Source: Candidatus Thorarchaeota archaeon (GTDB lineage: Archaea; Asgardarchaeota; Thorarchaeia; Thorarchaeales; Thorarchaeaceae). Taken from it: a stretch of 64,000 nucleotides of DNA. Numbering within the stretch: the stretch's first letter is position 1; each line of letters starts with the position of its first letter. A program made the translations under genes and the position numbers. The notes beneath the pieces were generated by a model. That model saw nothing but the letters and a program-made list of their open reading frames with translations. It had not been told where the DNA came from and searched no databases. The stretch spans positions 1-64,000 of the forward strand of contig JAWAQK010000001.1 of NCBI GenBank assembly GCA_038893995.1, in the 5' to 3' direction. Shown here one piece after another: positions 20,136 to 29,077 of this stretch.

Positions 20136-21338
20136 GCGTCTGTTCCTACGGGTCCTCTCCTCGAGCGACTCGTCAGTCTCTGGAGGCGGCGGAGGTGGGG
20201 GCGGTGGGGACCTGACGCCACCTGGAGCGACCGTGCTTCGTCTTGTCGAGTCCTCCGCACCAGTATCACCGACAAGGGATGGCTCATCATACGGACTCCA
20301 GAGCGATGACCCGCGCGGAAACCTCTCCGCAGGAGCGGGGGGACTATCGTCGGGACCAGTCTCTACGGGGATCTCCACAGACCCCTCCTCTGGACAGTTG
20401 ACTGGAATCTCAGTCTCATCACAGGTGGAGAATTGGTCCCGAATCGCATGATCACTCTCCTCCGTCGGTGCGACTATTGAGGGCTCTGCAGCTGACATAT
20501 CGACACGATCCGGTTCGGGAGATATCGTCAGCCCATGTGACTCAAACTCACGTTCCAGTTCGTCCAGTGCCTCGGGCAGGCTCATTTCCAGTGGGCTTTC
20601 AGGCCCAGGAGAATGGCCTTCTGGAGGACCAGCTTCCGGCCTGGAAACAGACTCGACGATCATCGGTTCGGACTGCTGATCAGAAACAGGTTCCTTCGCT
20701 TCAGGCCCTGCATCGAAGTCGGGTCCGATGTCAAACTCAAACCGCTTCAGCGGCTCAGAAACGGGCTCCTCACGAGATACTCCGTCCGTGTGAAGGAGTT
20801 GATCGACAGAGGGACTCTGGACTATGTCATAGTGAGTATCATCTGACACAGGCGTCCCTGACTCAGGCTCTGTCTCTTGACCGGCCCATTCCTCGGTCAG
20901 TGGAGGAAGTTCGGGTTCTACAGCCCCATGGCCCGGGACCGTTGTTGACGGCGGCGACTGTGATTCTTCCGCGTGTCTGCTCTCCTGAGAGTACAGGTCA
21001 TCTGCATCGGCCAGAGTACGTGACAGGGGCGAGTCTCGGGCAGGGTAGTCTCTCATGGGGGGCCTCGACTCGGTCTCCACACGCGGCGACTCGGGGATCT
21101 CGGTGACTTCTGGCGGTCCTGAGACCTTGGAGAAACTGAGGCCTAGAGTGTGACTGAGACAAGACTCGCAACGCTTGGCAACGGCTAGAAGGGCATCATC
21201 AATGAACTCCGAGATGCTCTTTGCCTTGTCAGGATTCCTGTTGGACCATCTGACAAAACTATCGATCATCCTTAATGCATCTCGCACACCAAGCCAGTAT
21301 GCCTCGTCTCGAGGATCTCCCTGATTCATCTCAGACAC
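20118..21338 (-). CDS. hypothetical protein: short helical N-domain, long acidic Pro/Ser/Glu-rich disordered region, Pro9 tract, basic C-terminal helix
   Basis: 406-aa ORF with low-complexity composition. Nine consecutive Pro codons at 20181-20207. Confidence 0.8.
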   Translation of the reverse strand: MSEMNQGDPRDEAYWLGVRDALRMIDSFVRWSNRNPDKAKSISEFIDDALLAVAKRCESCLSHTLGLSFSKVSGPPEVTEIPESPRVETESRPPMRDYPARDSPLSRTLADADDLYSQESRHAEESQSPPSTTVPGHGAVEPELPPLTEEWAGQETEPESGTPVSDDTHYDIVQSPSVDQLLHTDGVSREEPVSEPLKRFEFDIGPDFDAGPEAKEPVSDQQSEPMIVESVSRPEAGPPEGHSPGPESPLEMSLPEALDELEREFESHGLTISPEPDRVDMSAAEPSIVAPTEESDHAIRDQFSTCDETEIPVNCPEEGSVEIPVETGPDDSPPAPAERFPRGSSLWSPYDEPSLVGDTGAEDSTRRSTVAPGGVRSPPPPPPPPPETDESLEERTRRNRRLFFGV

Positions 21339-21397
21339 CGCTACATCTAGCGGTCAAAACGGAGAAAAAGCTTCTCATCACCTTCGGATGACGGCCC

Positions 21398-21859
21398 TCA
21401 CTTCTTTCTGGCGGATCTTTCAGAGACAAGCTCGTCTGCAAGCTCGTTCAGGATGATGAGCATATCATCTATCTTCCTCTTGGTCAGTCTCTGACCAGTG
21501 ACAAAGACACGAACCGGCACGTCAGTACCGATCTCACGGCGCACCTGGTTTCGGTACGTTGCCTCCTCGACTGGGTCAGGCTCTCTCATGACTATCAACG
21601 CCGCGTGAGCACCCCTGAAGGTCAGCGAGAGTAACAGACGATGAGCGCTCTGACTTGGAGACATCATGAGCGTGCTGACATCGGATTGCTCAAGTTCGAC
21701 CTTGGTAGACCCTATGACGATCCCATTCACTGATAGGGTCTGCTTATTGATGCCCTCCAGGACAGACTTCAGTAGTTCATCGTCTGGTCCAAGTACTGTT
21801 ATCTTGAAGACAAACCGCTGCTTCTGTTCCCTGCCTCCAAGAGCTTCGTCATGTGACAC
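21398..21859 (-). CDS. Rab/Ras-like small GTPase derivative with degenerate G-motifs (pseudo-GTPase)
   Basis: FVFKITVLG (beta1) and TFRGAHAALIV (cf. Rab YYRGAxGALLV) are retained. G1, G3 and G4 are not canonical. Confidence 0.65.
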   Translation of the reverse strand: MSHDEALGGREQKQRFVFKITVLGPDDELLKSVLEGINKQTLSVNGIVIGSTKVELEQSDVSTLMMSPSQSAHRLLLSLTFRGAHAALIVMREPDPVEEATYRNQVRREIGTDVPVRVFVTGQRLTKRKIDDMLIILNELADELVSERSARKK

Positions 21860-21993
21860 TGCCTACCACACTCGCAAGTTCTCCTGCTAGGAACAGGGAG
21901 TACGACTGATATGTGTTGCGTATATGAAGCAGTGGGGAAGAATCCATACCTTATTAAGAGGTCAACGGTCCCCCAATTCCTCGGTATAGGAAA

Positions 21994-22344
21994 TTGATCA
22001 GTGCCGACGATGTATTCGACGCGTTAGAGCCGGTCATGGATCCGGAACATCCCGTGTCCATCACCGACCCCAGGATGAACATTGTCACAAGAGAGATGAT
22101 ACAGGTAAGCGGAGACAGCATCTCTGTCCTGTTTAGGCCCACCGCACCCTTCTGTCCCATGGGAGGACTGATTGGAGTCCTGATAAGACACAGGCTTGAA
22201 CAGGTATTCCCAGGGGCTAAGATCAATGTGAGGGTTCAGCCGGGCACTCACGCTCACGAGGACTCAGTAAACTCTATGATCAACGACAACGAGCGGTACC
22301 AGAGCATCATCCAGCATCTGCGTCAGCAGAGGATGATCGAGTAA
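21994..22344 (+). CDS. Fe-S assembly protein, CIA2/FAM96/MIP18 (DUF59) family
   Basis: DPEHP, FRPTAPFCPMG.LIG and PGTHAHEDSVN...D.ER motifs. Confidence 0.85.
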   Translation: MISADDVFDALEPVMDPEHPVSITDPRMNIVTREMIQVSGDSISVLFRPTAPFCPMGGLIGVLIRHRLEQVFPGAKINVRVQPGTHAHEDSVNSMINDNERYQSIIQHLRQQRMIE

Positions 22345-22694
22345 TGCAAGGAACTGTCGCTTGTCGTCGCACACTGATGGTCGCCGGGATCATCCTCATA
22401 CTTGTGGGTCTGGGACTGGTCATGATATCAGTTTCCACAGGTGGGGGAGTCCTGATCATCTTCCCATTTGTGTTGCCGGTGGAAGGGATGCTCCCAGTAT
22501 CACTTGCACTGTTGACATTCCTGGTACTGGTCTGTGTCGTATTGGTGTGGGTGAGATCATGGGGGATATTCCCAGTGGAGACACAGACCCACAGCCGCTG
22601 TGGCAGTTGTGGCATGCGCTTCTACGAGCCCGATGCTCGATTCTGTCCATACTGCGGAGAGCCCGTTCAAGACCAGGTATGGGGGAATGAATGA
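22344..22694 (+). CDS. small membrane protein with C-terminal zinc ribbon
   Basis: Two to three hydrophobic segments, then CGSCG...FCPYCG. TAATG coupling to the upstream gene. Confidence 0.7.
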   Translation: MQGTVACRRTLMVAGIILILVGLGLVMISVSTGGGVLIIFPFVLPVEGMLPVSLALLTFLVLVCVVLVWVRSWGIFPVETQTHSRCGSCGMRFYEPDARFCPYCGEPVQDQVWGNE

Positions 22695-22727
22695 GTCGAA
22701 AAGGACAATCTCCTGACTGACTACGTC

Positions 22728-23231
22728 ATGCGTCGCATCAGACCAGAGGACGTTCCATCGGTCATGGCGATTGAGAGAGCTTCATTCCCTGTACCCTGGG
22801 AAGAGCGAGTAATACTCGGTTTCGCACAGAGAGGGGGAGCGGCTCTGCTACGTGATGGCAGGAGGGCGTTCTTTGAGGTCTTCGTGACGGAAAACACGGT
22901 AGTGGGCTACATTGCATGGGAGATGTCCAGTAGATCGTCGGAAGACCGTGCTCACGTCATCAACATTGCCGTTGATGAGAGATTTCGGAGAAGAGGCATC
23001 GGTACAGAGATGCTTCGTAGACTGTTCGAGAGGCTCAGGAGGAGACACTGTAGTGGATGCTGGCTTGAGGTCAGACGCAGCAACCTCCCTGCCCAGAGCC
23101 TCTATGAATCGATGGGGATGAGATGCATCGGTGTTCGTCCAATGTACTATAGGAACGAGGATGCACTCATCTATTCCGTCAGCTTTCGGGACCTCGATCG
23201 ACCTACCAATCGCGGACCGATGACGTCATGA
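22728..23231 (+). CDS. rimI: RimI/Ard1-like GNAT N-acetyltransferase
   Basis: IERASFPVPW, NIAVDERFRRRGIG, LEVRRSNLPAQSLY and YY..EDA motifs. Confidence 0.88.
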   Translation: MRRIRPEDVPSVMAIERASFPVPWEERVILGFAQRGGAALLRDGRRAFFEVFVTENTVVGYIAWEMSSRSSEDRAHVINIAVDERFRRRGIGTEMLRRLFERLRRRHCSGCWLEVRRSNLPAQSLYESMGMRCIGVRPMYYRNEDALIYSVSFRDLDRPTNRGPMTS

Positions 23232-26200
23232 AACAGCCTCAGATAGACAGGATCTGTGCTCACAAGGGCAACTGTGTCATCACCCATTTCAGAGCCCGCA
23301 ATCACTATTTCCTCACCGTCGCGCAGGGCGAGGACTGGAGGAGTCTCATGCTCCCAGACCATCCATCCCGGAAGCTGATCTGCCACCTGAGAGGCGCCTT
23401 CCACGGCCGGCAGCAAGAGTACGCGTCGGTCCGGGACCTCGATTGCAGCAAGATGCCCCATATCAAGCATCCTGACGTCTGGAACGGATATGATAATGGA
23501 CTTTGTGGCTCGTGCCGCCATCTCGAGAATGTGGGCCTTGATCTCGTCTGCGCCCCTGACAAACCAGCTCTTGTCTGGTTTCCTCGCGAGGGCCTGAATC
23601 ACCTGTCCAATGGCCGAAAGGACAGAGACCGAGTCCGAGATCAGAGCGTCCATCTTCTCCGCAGTCTCGGTGATGGCACTTCCGGCCTTCTCAAGCCCGT
23701 TTGCAGACTCGGAGGACCATTCTGTTAGGGCTCTGTCAGTGTCGGTCTTGAAGTCGTCAAGGGCACGGCTGATCTTCTCTCTACTCTCTGATATACCATC
23801 TCCGGCGTTCCGCTTGACTTCAGCGAGTTTCTCTCTCAGGACCGGACCCGTCGAGTCAACCTGCATGCGTAGATCGGTGTCTAGTTGTGACAACTTCGAA
23901 CCAAACTTCTCCTTGACTCCGTGAGCTGCTGACTCAAATCTTCGTGCAGTGAGAGCACTGGCAGAATCCAAAGAGTTAGTGAAACTTGATGCAACTTGGT
24001 CTCGCATAGACCTGATCCGGTTCTCGGAATCGTTCAGGAAGGTGTCGAAGTGTGTCATCGTGGATTCTGCAGATTTCTGATACTTTGAGATGACGGCTCC
24101 TGTCTTCTCTATCAGCGTGCCCTGGCCCTCTCCAGTCTTCACGGTGAGGGACAGACCGATGTCGGACACTGTATCAGTGATGGATCTCTGAAGACCGGAC
24201 AGGATCTCGATGCCTCTATTGACCTCTGCGACTGCTACCGACTCCACGTTGTCTGCATGCTTGTTCGCATGCTCAACCGTATGATCAAGGAAACTCCTTG
24301 ACAACTCTTCCACGAGGCTGGGACCGCGTTCTCCCTGTTCGGCCAGCCCATCCTTCAGATCCACAAGGGCGCCTTCAAAGTCGCGGTGCAACTGGTGGAC
24401 CTTGTTGTCAAGGTCCGCGGTCATAGTGGCCAGACCATTCAGTGTCTTCTCAATTGACTTGCTGATGGTGACGGATTCTGTTCCCAGCAGTCCCGATGCC
24501 TCTGACTCGAGCTTGGCCATGGTGGCAGTGACATCCTCTCGGACCTTGTTCAGAATCTTCCCGCTCTCTGCTTCACTCTCTGTCAGTTTCGACTGGTATG
24601 AATTCAGTGCGGCGCCGGAGGCACTGATCGACTCGGTTGTGATTCTGTCAACACTTGCCAAGATGTCTGATAGAGCCTTCTTCCTGGATTCATGACTCTC
24701 TGCGAAGAATGCGTCCACAATTGATCTTACTGACGATATCTGTTTGTCTACGGACGACCGCAGAGATTCCTCAATCATTGAGAAGGTCTCGCCTATGCTC
24801 TGTCGGATCCTCTCCAGAGAATGTTGTGTATCAGTCGATAGACGGATGAGTTCATTGCTGAGTTCGCTGACTGACCCGGACTCTTGTCTGAGGGCTGCCT
24901 CTGTGGTGCTTATGAGCGACTCGAGATTGGTCACAGCCTCCCCTACGATCGCCGAGAAACGTGCGTTCTGGTCCTGGAGTATCTTCTGTAGATCTTTCCT
25001 TGTCTCGAGTATCGACTCGGAGGCCTCGGTGAGTTTCTGATTCAGCAGGGCAGCATACTCATGCTGCATATCCGCAGACTCGGCCTTGAGGGCCTTGACT
25101 TCTGCCTTGACCATGTTCTTGAACTCTATGTCCATTGAGCTGAGCATCTCACTTGTTCGAGCAACCTGGGAGGATATCAGCGTGTCCAGGGACTTCTCGA
25201 CATCCTGCACCATCTTGAGGAACTGAGCCGTGATGTTCTCGGCATGTGTGTGGAACTCGTCCCTGAGGGTAGCTGAATGTCTATTCAGCGCGTCGATATG
25301 GCGGTCCATCGAGCTTTCGAGAGACTTCTGGGCCTTGTCTGCATGGGCGAGTATGGATGATATGCTCTCCGCAACACGCTTCTCAACCAACTTGTGCAGA
25401 CGCTCATAGTCCTCTTGAAGTGACTCGACACTAGCGAGAGCCCTATTCTCGTAGTCTGAGAGGACAGATGATGTAGTGGACGTTAGCTCCGACTCGAGAT
25501 CCTGTACGGACCCCTTCATCTTCTCGAGCGCGACCGATCTGTTGGTCTCGAATTCAGACAGAATCTCTTCAAATGACGAGGTCATCTTTGCACCGGTGTT
25601 ACGTGCGAGATCCTGAACCTCGGCAGACCTCTTTGACATGGTCGAATCTATGTTGCCGAGCATGATGTCTAGCTCTTTGTGCACACCCTGACTGAGTGAC
25701 TTTGACCACGCATCCAGTTCAGAAACAACCGAGTCTCGGACTTCTTCGGAGCGTTGCAACTCAGACTCGTATTGAGCCTGTATCGCCCGTGCAACCTCCT
25801 CCCTCGTATTGGAAATTGACCTTCTAAGATCTGCACTCATGGCGCCCGCGAGCTCGGCCAGTGTGGAGTGCCGACTGTCAAGGATAGATGATATTTGCGA
25901 GAGCTCTCTGTCCAGTGAGTCGAGAACGGACCGTCTGTACGAACGGTCAAGATCGAGTATCTTATTGAATGCGTTCTTGAGAGATTCAGATGAACTGGCC
26001 AGGGACGCCTCAATGTTCTTCCGCACAGTGGCCAGTCCGTCTCGCGAGGATGCCACCATCTCGGAAACCCTCCCGAGAGTGACGTCTATGGCATCGATTG
26101 GCTCCTTGTACAGCTGGCGGGCACTCTCAACCAACTGCGAGAGAGAACCCATACCACGAAGATAGGCCTGACGTAGTCCCTCCCTGAAATCGGCAACTTC

Positions 26201-27091
26201 ACTATTGATGTTACCCAACATCTTCTCGAGGAGAGGACGCACCCGACCGATTGATTCTGCTGTGGATGACTCAAGCCCCTGCGTGAGATCTGCCCATATG
26301 TCCTGTATGACAACACCCATCGTATCGTATGCTTCTAGGAGCACCTTCTGGGTGACCTCCGCAAAGGCTGCATTCGTCTTTCTGAGGCCATCCAATGCCT
26401 CCTCGAATTCTCTGTGTCGGGTCTTCAGATCATCCTCGAACTTCTCCACCAGCCGCGTTGCTTCTTCTGCAAACGACTCCTTTACGCCGTCAAGTTCCTC
26501 TCGCAACGAGGCGAGACCGACTTCGAATGTTTCGTCCTGCGTGGCTCTCGCATTCTCCAGGATGGCCCCTGCTGCCCCTGAGAAGCCATCTATGGCATTT
26601 GAGACGATCCCGAGGGCGTTTTCTATCTCCCTATCGAGGAGTTCATCGAGGGATGTTTCTAGTGATCTGAGTTCGTCTCGTATCACACCGACTGCCTTTC
26701 CGGTGGCCTTCGAGAGACTGTCACGATTAGCAGCTATTCTCTTTGTTTCCCTGCTCAATAGGGTATTGGCTTCCTTGGTGAGAGACTTGATCTTGACGGA
26801 AGTCGAATCGAGATGCTGAATGAGAGTTTCCAGAGGCAGGACGGGATGGTAGACTGTCACTATCCCATCGACCCTGGCCAGTAGACCCTGCTCAACAAGC
26901 TTCTCGACAACCTTGCTCACCTTCGACTCCTTCTCCCCAACGAGAGACGAGATCGTTCCGAGTGTCAGGTTCATCCCCATATAGGTACAGGACAAGACCC
27001 GAGCCGCAAGCTCGTTGAGGCCAAGTTTGGACGCAAACAAGGAGATTCTCTCATCAACTGACTCCTGTCTATCGCTCAATTTCCCCATCAC
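23171..27091 (-). CDS. giant TrmB-like protein: N-terminal wHTH, ~1050-aa helical insert, C-terminal TrmB effector/PLD-like domain
   Basis: The N-terminus LGLNELAARVL...LVEQGLL...YHPVLP is a TrmB wHTH. The C-terminus WFVRGADEIKAHILEMAARATKSIIISVP...RDGEEIV..VSTDP is a TrmB effector domain. The middle is almost Pro-free and rich in S/E/L. Confidence 0.8.
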   Translation of the reverse strand: MMGKLSDRQESVDERISLFASKLGLNELAARVLSCTYMGMNLTLGTISSLVGEKESKVSKVVEKLVEQGLLARVDGIVTVYHPVLPLETLIQHLDSTSVKIKSLTKEANTLLSRETKRIAANRDSLSKATGKAVGVIRDELRSLETSLDELLDREIENALGIVSNAIDGFSGAAGAILENARATQDETFEVGLASLREELDGVKESFAEEATRLVEKFEDDLKTRHREFEEALDGLRKTNAAFAEVTQKVLLEAYDTMGVVIQDIWADLTQGLESSTAESIGRVRPLLEKMLGNINSEVADFREGLRQAYLRGMGSLSQLVESARQLYKEPIDAIDVTLGRVSEMVASSRDGLATVRKNIEASLASSSESLKNAFNKILDLDRSYRRSVLDSLDRELSQISSILDSRHSTLAELAGAMSADLRRSISNTREEVARAIQAQYESELQRSEEVRDSVVSELDAWSKSLSQGVHKELDIMLGNIDSTMSKRSAEVQDLARNTGAKMTSSFEEILSEFETNRSVALEKMKGSVQDLESELTSTTSSVLSDYENRALASVESLQEDYERLHKLVEKRVAESISSILAHADKAQKSLESSMDRHIDALNRHSATLRDEFHTHAENITAQFLKMVQDVEKSLDTLISSQVARTSEMLSSMDIEFKNMVKAEVKALKAESADMQHEYAALLNQKLTEASESILETRKDLQKILQDQNARFSAIVGEAVTNLESLISTTEAALRQESGSVSELSNELIRLSTDTQHSLERIRQSIGETFSMIEESLRSSVDKQISSVRSIVDAFFAESHESRKKALSDILASVDRITTESISASGAALNSYQSKLTESEAESGKILNKVREDVTATMAKLESEASGLLGTESVTISKSIEKTLNGLATMTADLDNKVHQLHRDFEGALVDLKDGLAEQGERGPSLVEELSRSFLDHTVEHANKHADNVESVAVAEVNRGIEILSGLQRSITDTVSDIGLSLTVKTGEGQGTLIEKTGAVISKYQKSAESTMTHFDTFLNDSENRIRSMRDQVASSFTNSLDSASALTARRFESAAHGVKEKFGSKLSQLDTDLRMQVDSTGPVLREKLAEVKRNAGDGISESREKISRALDDFKTDTDRALTEWSSESANGLEKAGSAITETAEKMDALISDSVSVLSAIGQVIQALARKPDKSWFVRGADEIKAHILEMAARATKSIIISVPDVRMLDMGHLAAIEVPDRRVLLLPAVEGASQVADQLPGWMVWEHETPPVLALRDGEEIVIAGSEMGDDTVALVSTDPVYLRLFHDVIGPRLVGRSRSRKLTE

Positions 27092-27105
27092 TCCCAGATG
27101 AAAGA

Positions 27106-27879
27106 TTAATCCTTCCTGCTGTGTCCGGATGCACTTGATACCGCTTCGAACACTTCTTTCACCGCCTCGACCTCTACCGCCGGTGCGCTCTCCCCGACAA
27201 GGACTTCGACTGTGATGTAAGTACTGTTGTTGTTGACTCGGAATCTGATGTCAGTGAACTGCTGCATCTTCTCGTTGTCCAGCCTCCTTGTGACCGCTGC
27301 TCGGGTCGCGTCTGTGGACAGCTCGAGAATCCACCAGTTCAGGGCAGTGTCCTCGATGCAGAACTTGACATCATAGTACTCTGAGAAGAGCTGTGAATAC
27401 AAACGGAATTCCTCGAGATCGTCCAGTCTGTATCTCAGAGGGTTCACGATCACAAGCCCACGGCTGAAGTCAAAGTGAAATATGATGTCATTTACCATCA
27501 CTAGAAGTATGTTGCTTCCCTCAACGCGAGCCCTCCTCTGCCATTTCGTGAAGAAGTGTGAGAGGAACTGCTTTATTGAGCCCATCTTCAATATCGTGAG
27601 GAAGTCCTTTATCGGGACTCTGCGATTTACCATCCTGTGACCCCTGCCCTCGGTTATGAATAGTCGTAGCTGGTCCAGAAAGACTGAGTAGCAATAGGCG
27701 GGCAAGTCCCGCTGGTCAACGCCCAGCTCGATGAGCAGGTTCAGGAAATTGCGTTCGTGGCAGGCGGGATTGACGCTGCAGCCCAGCCGGTTCTCTTGAC
27801 ATTCAGTACATTTGACCTCGTGAAGTTGGAGTAGTTCACGTGCAAGCTGGTCATCTGAGGGGCGGTCAAGTAGATCCAT
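27106..27879 (-). CDS. hypothetical protein with N-terminal Cys cluster
   Basis: CTEC..CSVNPAC..YCY motif. Ends 14 nt before the giant TrmB gene. Start uncertain. Confidence 0.7.
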   Translation of the reverse strand: MDLLDRPSDDQLARELLQLHEVKCTECQENRLGCSVNPACHERNFLNLLIELGVDQRDLPAYCYSVFLDQLRLFITEGRGHRMVNRRVPIKDFLTILKMGSIKQFLSHFFTKWQRRARVEGSNILLVMVNDIIFHFDFSRGLVIVNPLRYRLDDLEEFRLYSQLFSEYYDVKFCIEDTALNWWILELSTDATRAAVTRRLDNEKMQQFTDIRFRVNNNSTYITVEVLVGESAPAVEVEAVKEVFEAVSSASGHSRKD

Positions 27880-28063
27880 TCTGGCTGAGAGTTTCTTGTT
27901 ATGTGGCTGGTACTGCATGAAGACACACCGCAGGGAACAGACAGCAGTGAACGGCAGGCCCCGGAGAAGGACAGGCTGCGTACACAGCGGCATGGCCTCA
28001 GATGTTTCAGAAAGATAAACCTATTCAATGTGCGCTGGAGGGACTCGTTTGGAGAGTGAGCAT

Positions 28064-28999
28064 TCAGGCCTTCGAGAGCTCCTTGAGCTTCACGGTCCAG
28101 CCACGGATCTCCTTGTTCAGACGCGCAATATCATTGTCATTCAGCGTGGCGGTCGGAGGATAAGTCTTCAGTTCACGAGCAATGGTTCCAATCTGAAACA
28201 GTATTGGGGACTGTCCGGGGATCATCCCAGCAAGCTTGTCACGAACTTCTTCCAGAGCCCTGGCCATCACTGAGGCCTCTGTCTGTGGAGTGACTTTCCT
28301 CAAGAGCTTTTCCATCAGACCATCAAATGAGGATGGCAGACCCTCGGCAAAGACTGACTCTGGCGCTGCCCTCTCTTCAGCGGGCGTCTTCCGTGCCTTC
28401 TGCCTCGCATCGGCGTCAGTTGCGCCCTCTGTGACACACGGTTCAGCCATACCCGAGATCTTGGACGCAAGCGCAGTGATGTCCTCAATCGCACGGTTGT
28501 ACTTTCTCTCAATGCTGTCCAGCTGTCGTACAATTATCCCAACGATCTCTTTGGTCTCCCCTAGGCTCTCTGAGAGGTCCTGCATGCGCTCTTCCAGCGA
28601 GGAGAGCCCAGCAATGTACTGCTGAAGGTCATCGAGCCTGTTGCCAAGTGTTTCAATACCAGAGGATGTGGCTACGGTCTTCAGCAAGTCCTTGACCTCT
28701 TGAAGAGCAACCTCCAGAGAGTTGATCCTGGTGGGAATAGACTCGACCGATTGAAACGTGCCAAGTCGCCCATCAATCTCCTGGATACGTTTCGCAAGAT
28801 CGTCGACGCTTGGGAGGGAGTGGACCTTCTCCAGTATGTCGGCAGTACGTGTGTCGAGAGCTTCAACTCTCTCCACGAGGGAATCGATCTGAGAATGGGT
28901 GGGAGTTCCAGCTCTCATCTCTTCAAGTTGCTTTGCTAGGACCTCCACGCTCCTGACTAGACTATCGTACGAGTCTGGAACTTGGTCTGTCACACACAT
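28064..28999 (-). CDS. coiled-coil protein with small C-terminal helical bundle
   Basis: Heptad-rich N-terminal ~190 aa, a linker, then an ~85-aa helical domain. Confidence 0.75.
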   Translation of the reverse strand: MCVTDQVPDSYDSLVRSVEVLAKQLEEMRAGTPTHSQIDSLVERVEALDTRTADILEKVHSLPSVDDLAKRIQEIDGRLGTFQSVESIPTRINSLEVALQEVKDLLKTVATSSGIETLGNRLDDLQQYIAGLSSLEERMQDLSESLGETKEIVGIIVRQLDSIERKYNRAIEDITALASKISGMAEPCVTEGATDADARQKARKTPAEERAAPESVFAEGLPSSFDGLMEKLLRKVTPQTEASVMARALEEVRDKLAGMIPGQSPILFQIGTIARELKTYPPTATLNDNDIARLNKEIRGWTVKLKELSKA

Positions 29000-29077
29000 C
29001 CCCCCGAGGGAAGACTTGCGTTCAAGACTCTAGCTGATTATATTTAGACTTTGGGGCGATGGTATCAGGACCACATA

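Noticed and set aside
20068-20451. Plus-strand ORF with a poly-Gly run
   Set aside because: It is the antisense reading of the Pro9 codons in the minus-strand gene.
23171-27091. SMC/Rad50 or chemoreceptor call for the giant helical protein
   Set aside because: No Walker A/B, signature motif, hinge, TM segments or MCP hairpin motif. The termini are TrmB-like.
28064-28330. C-terminal helical bundle faintly reminiscent of the Vps28 C-terminal domain
   Set aside because: The similarity is a few residues by eye, and no other ESCRT genes are in the window. It cannot be supported without a profile search.
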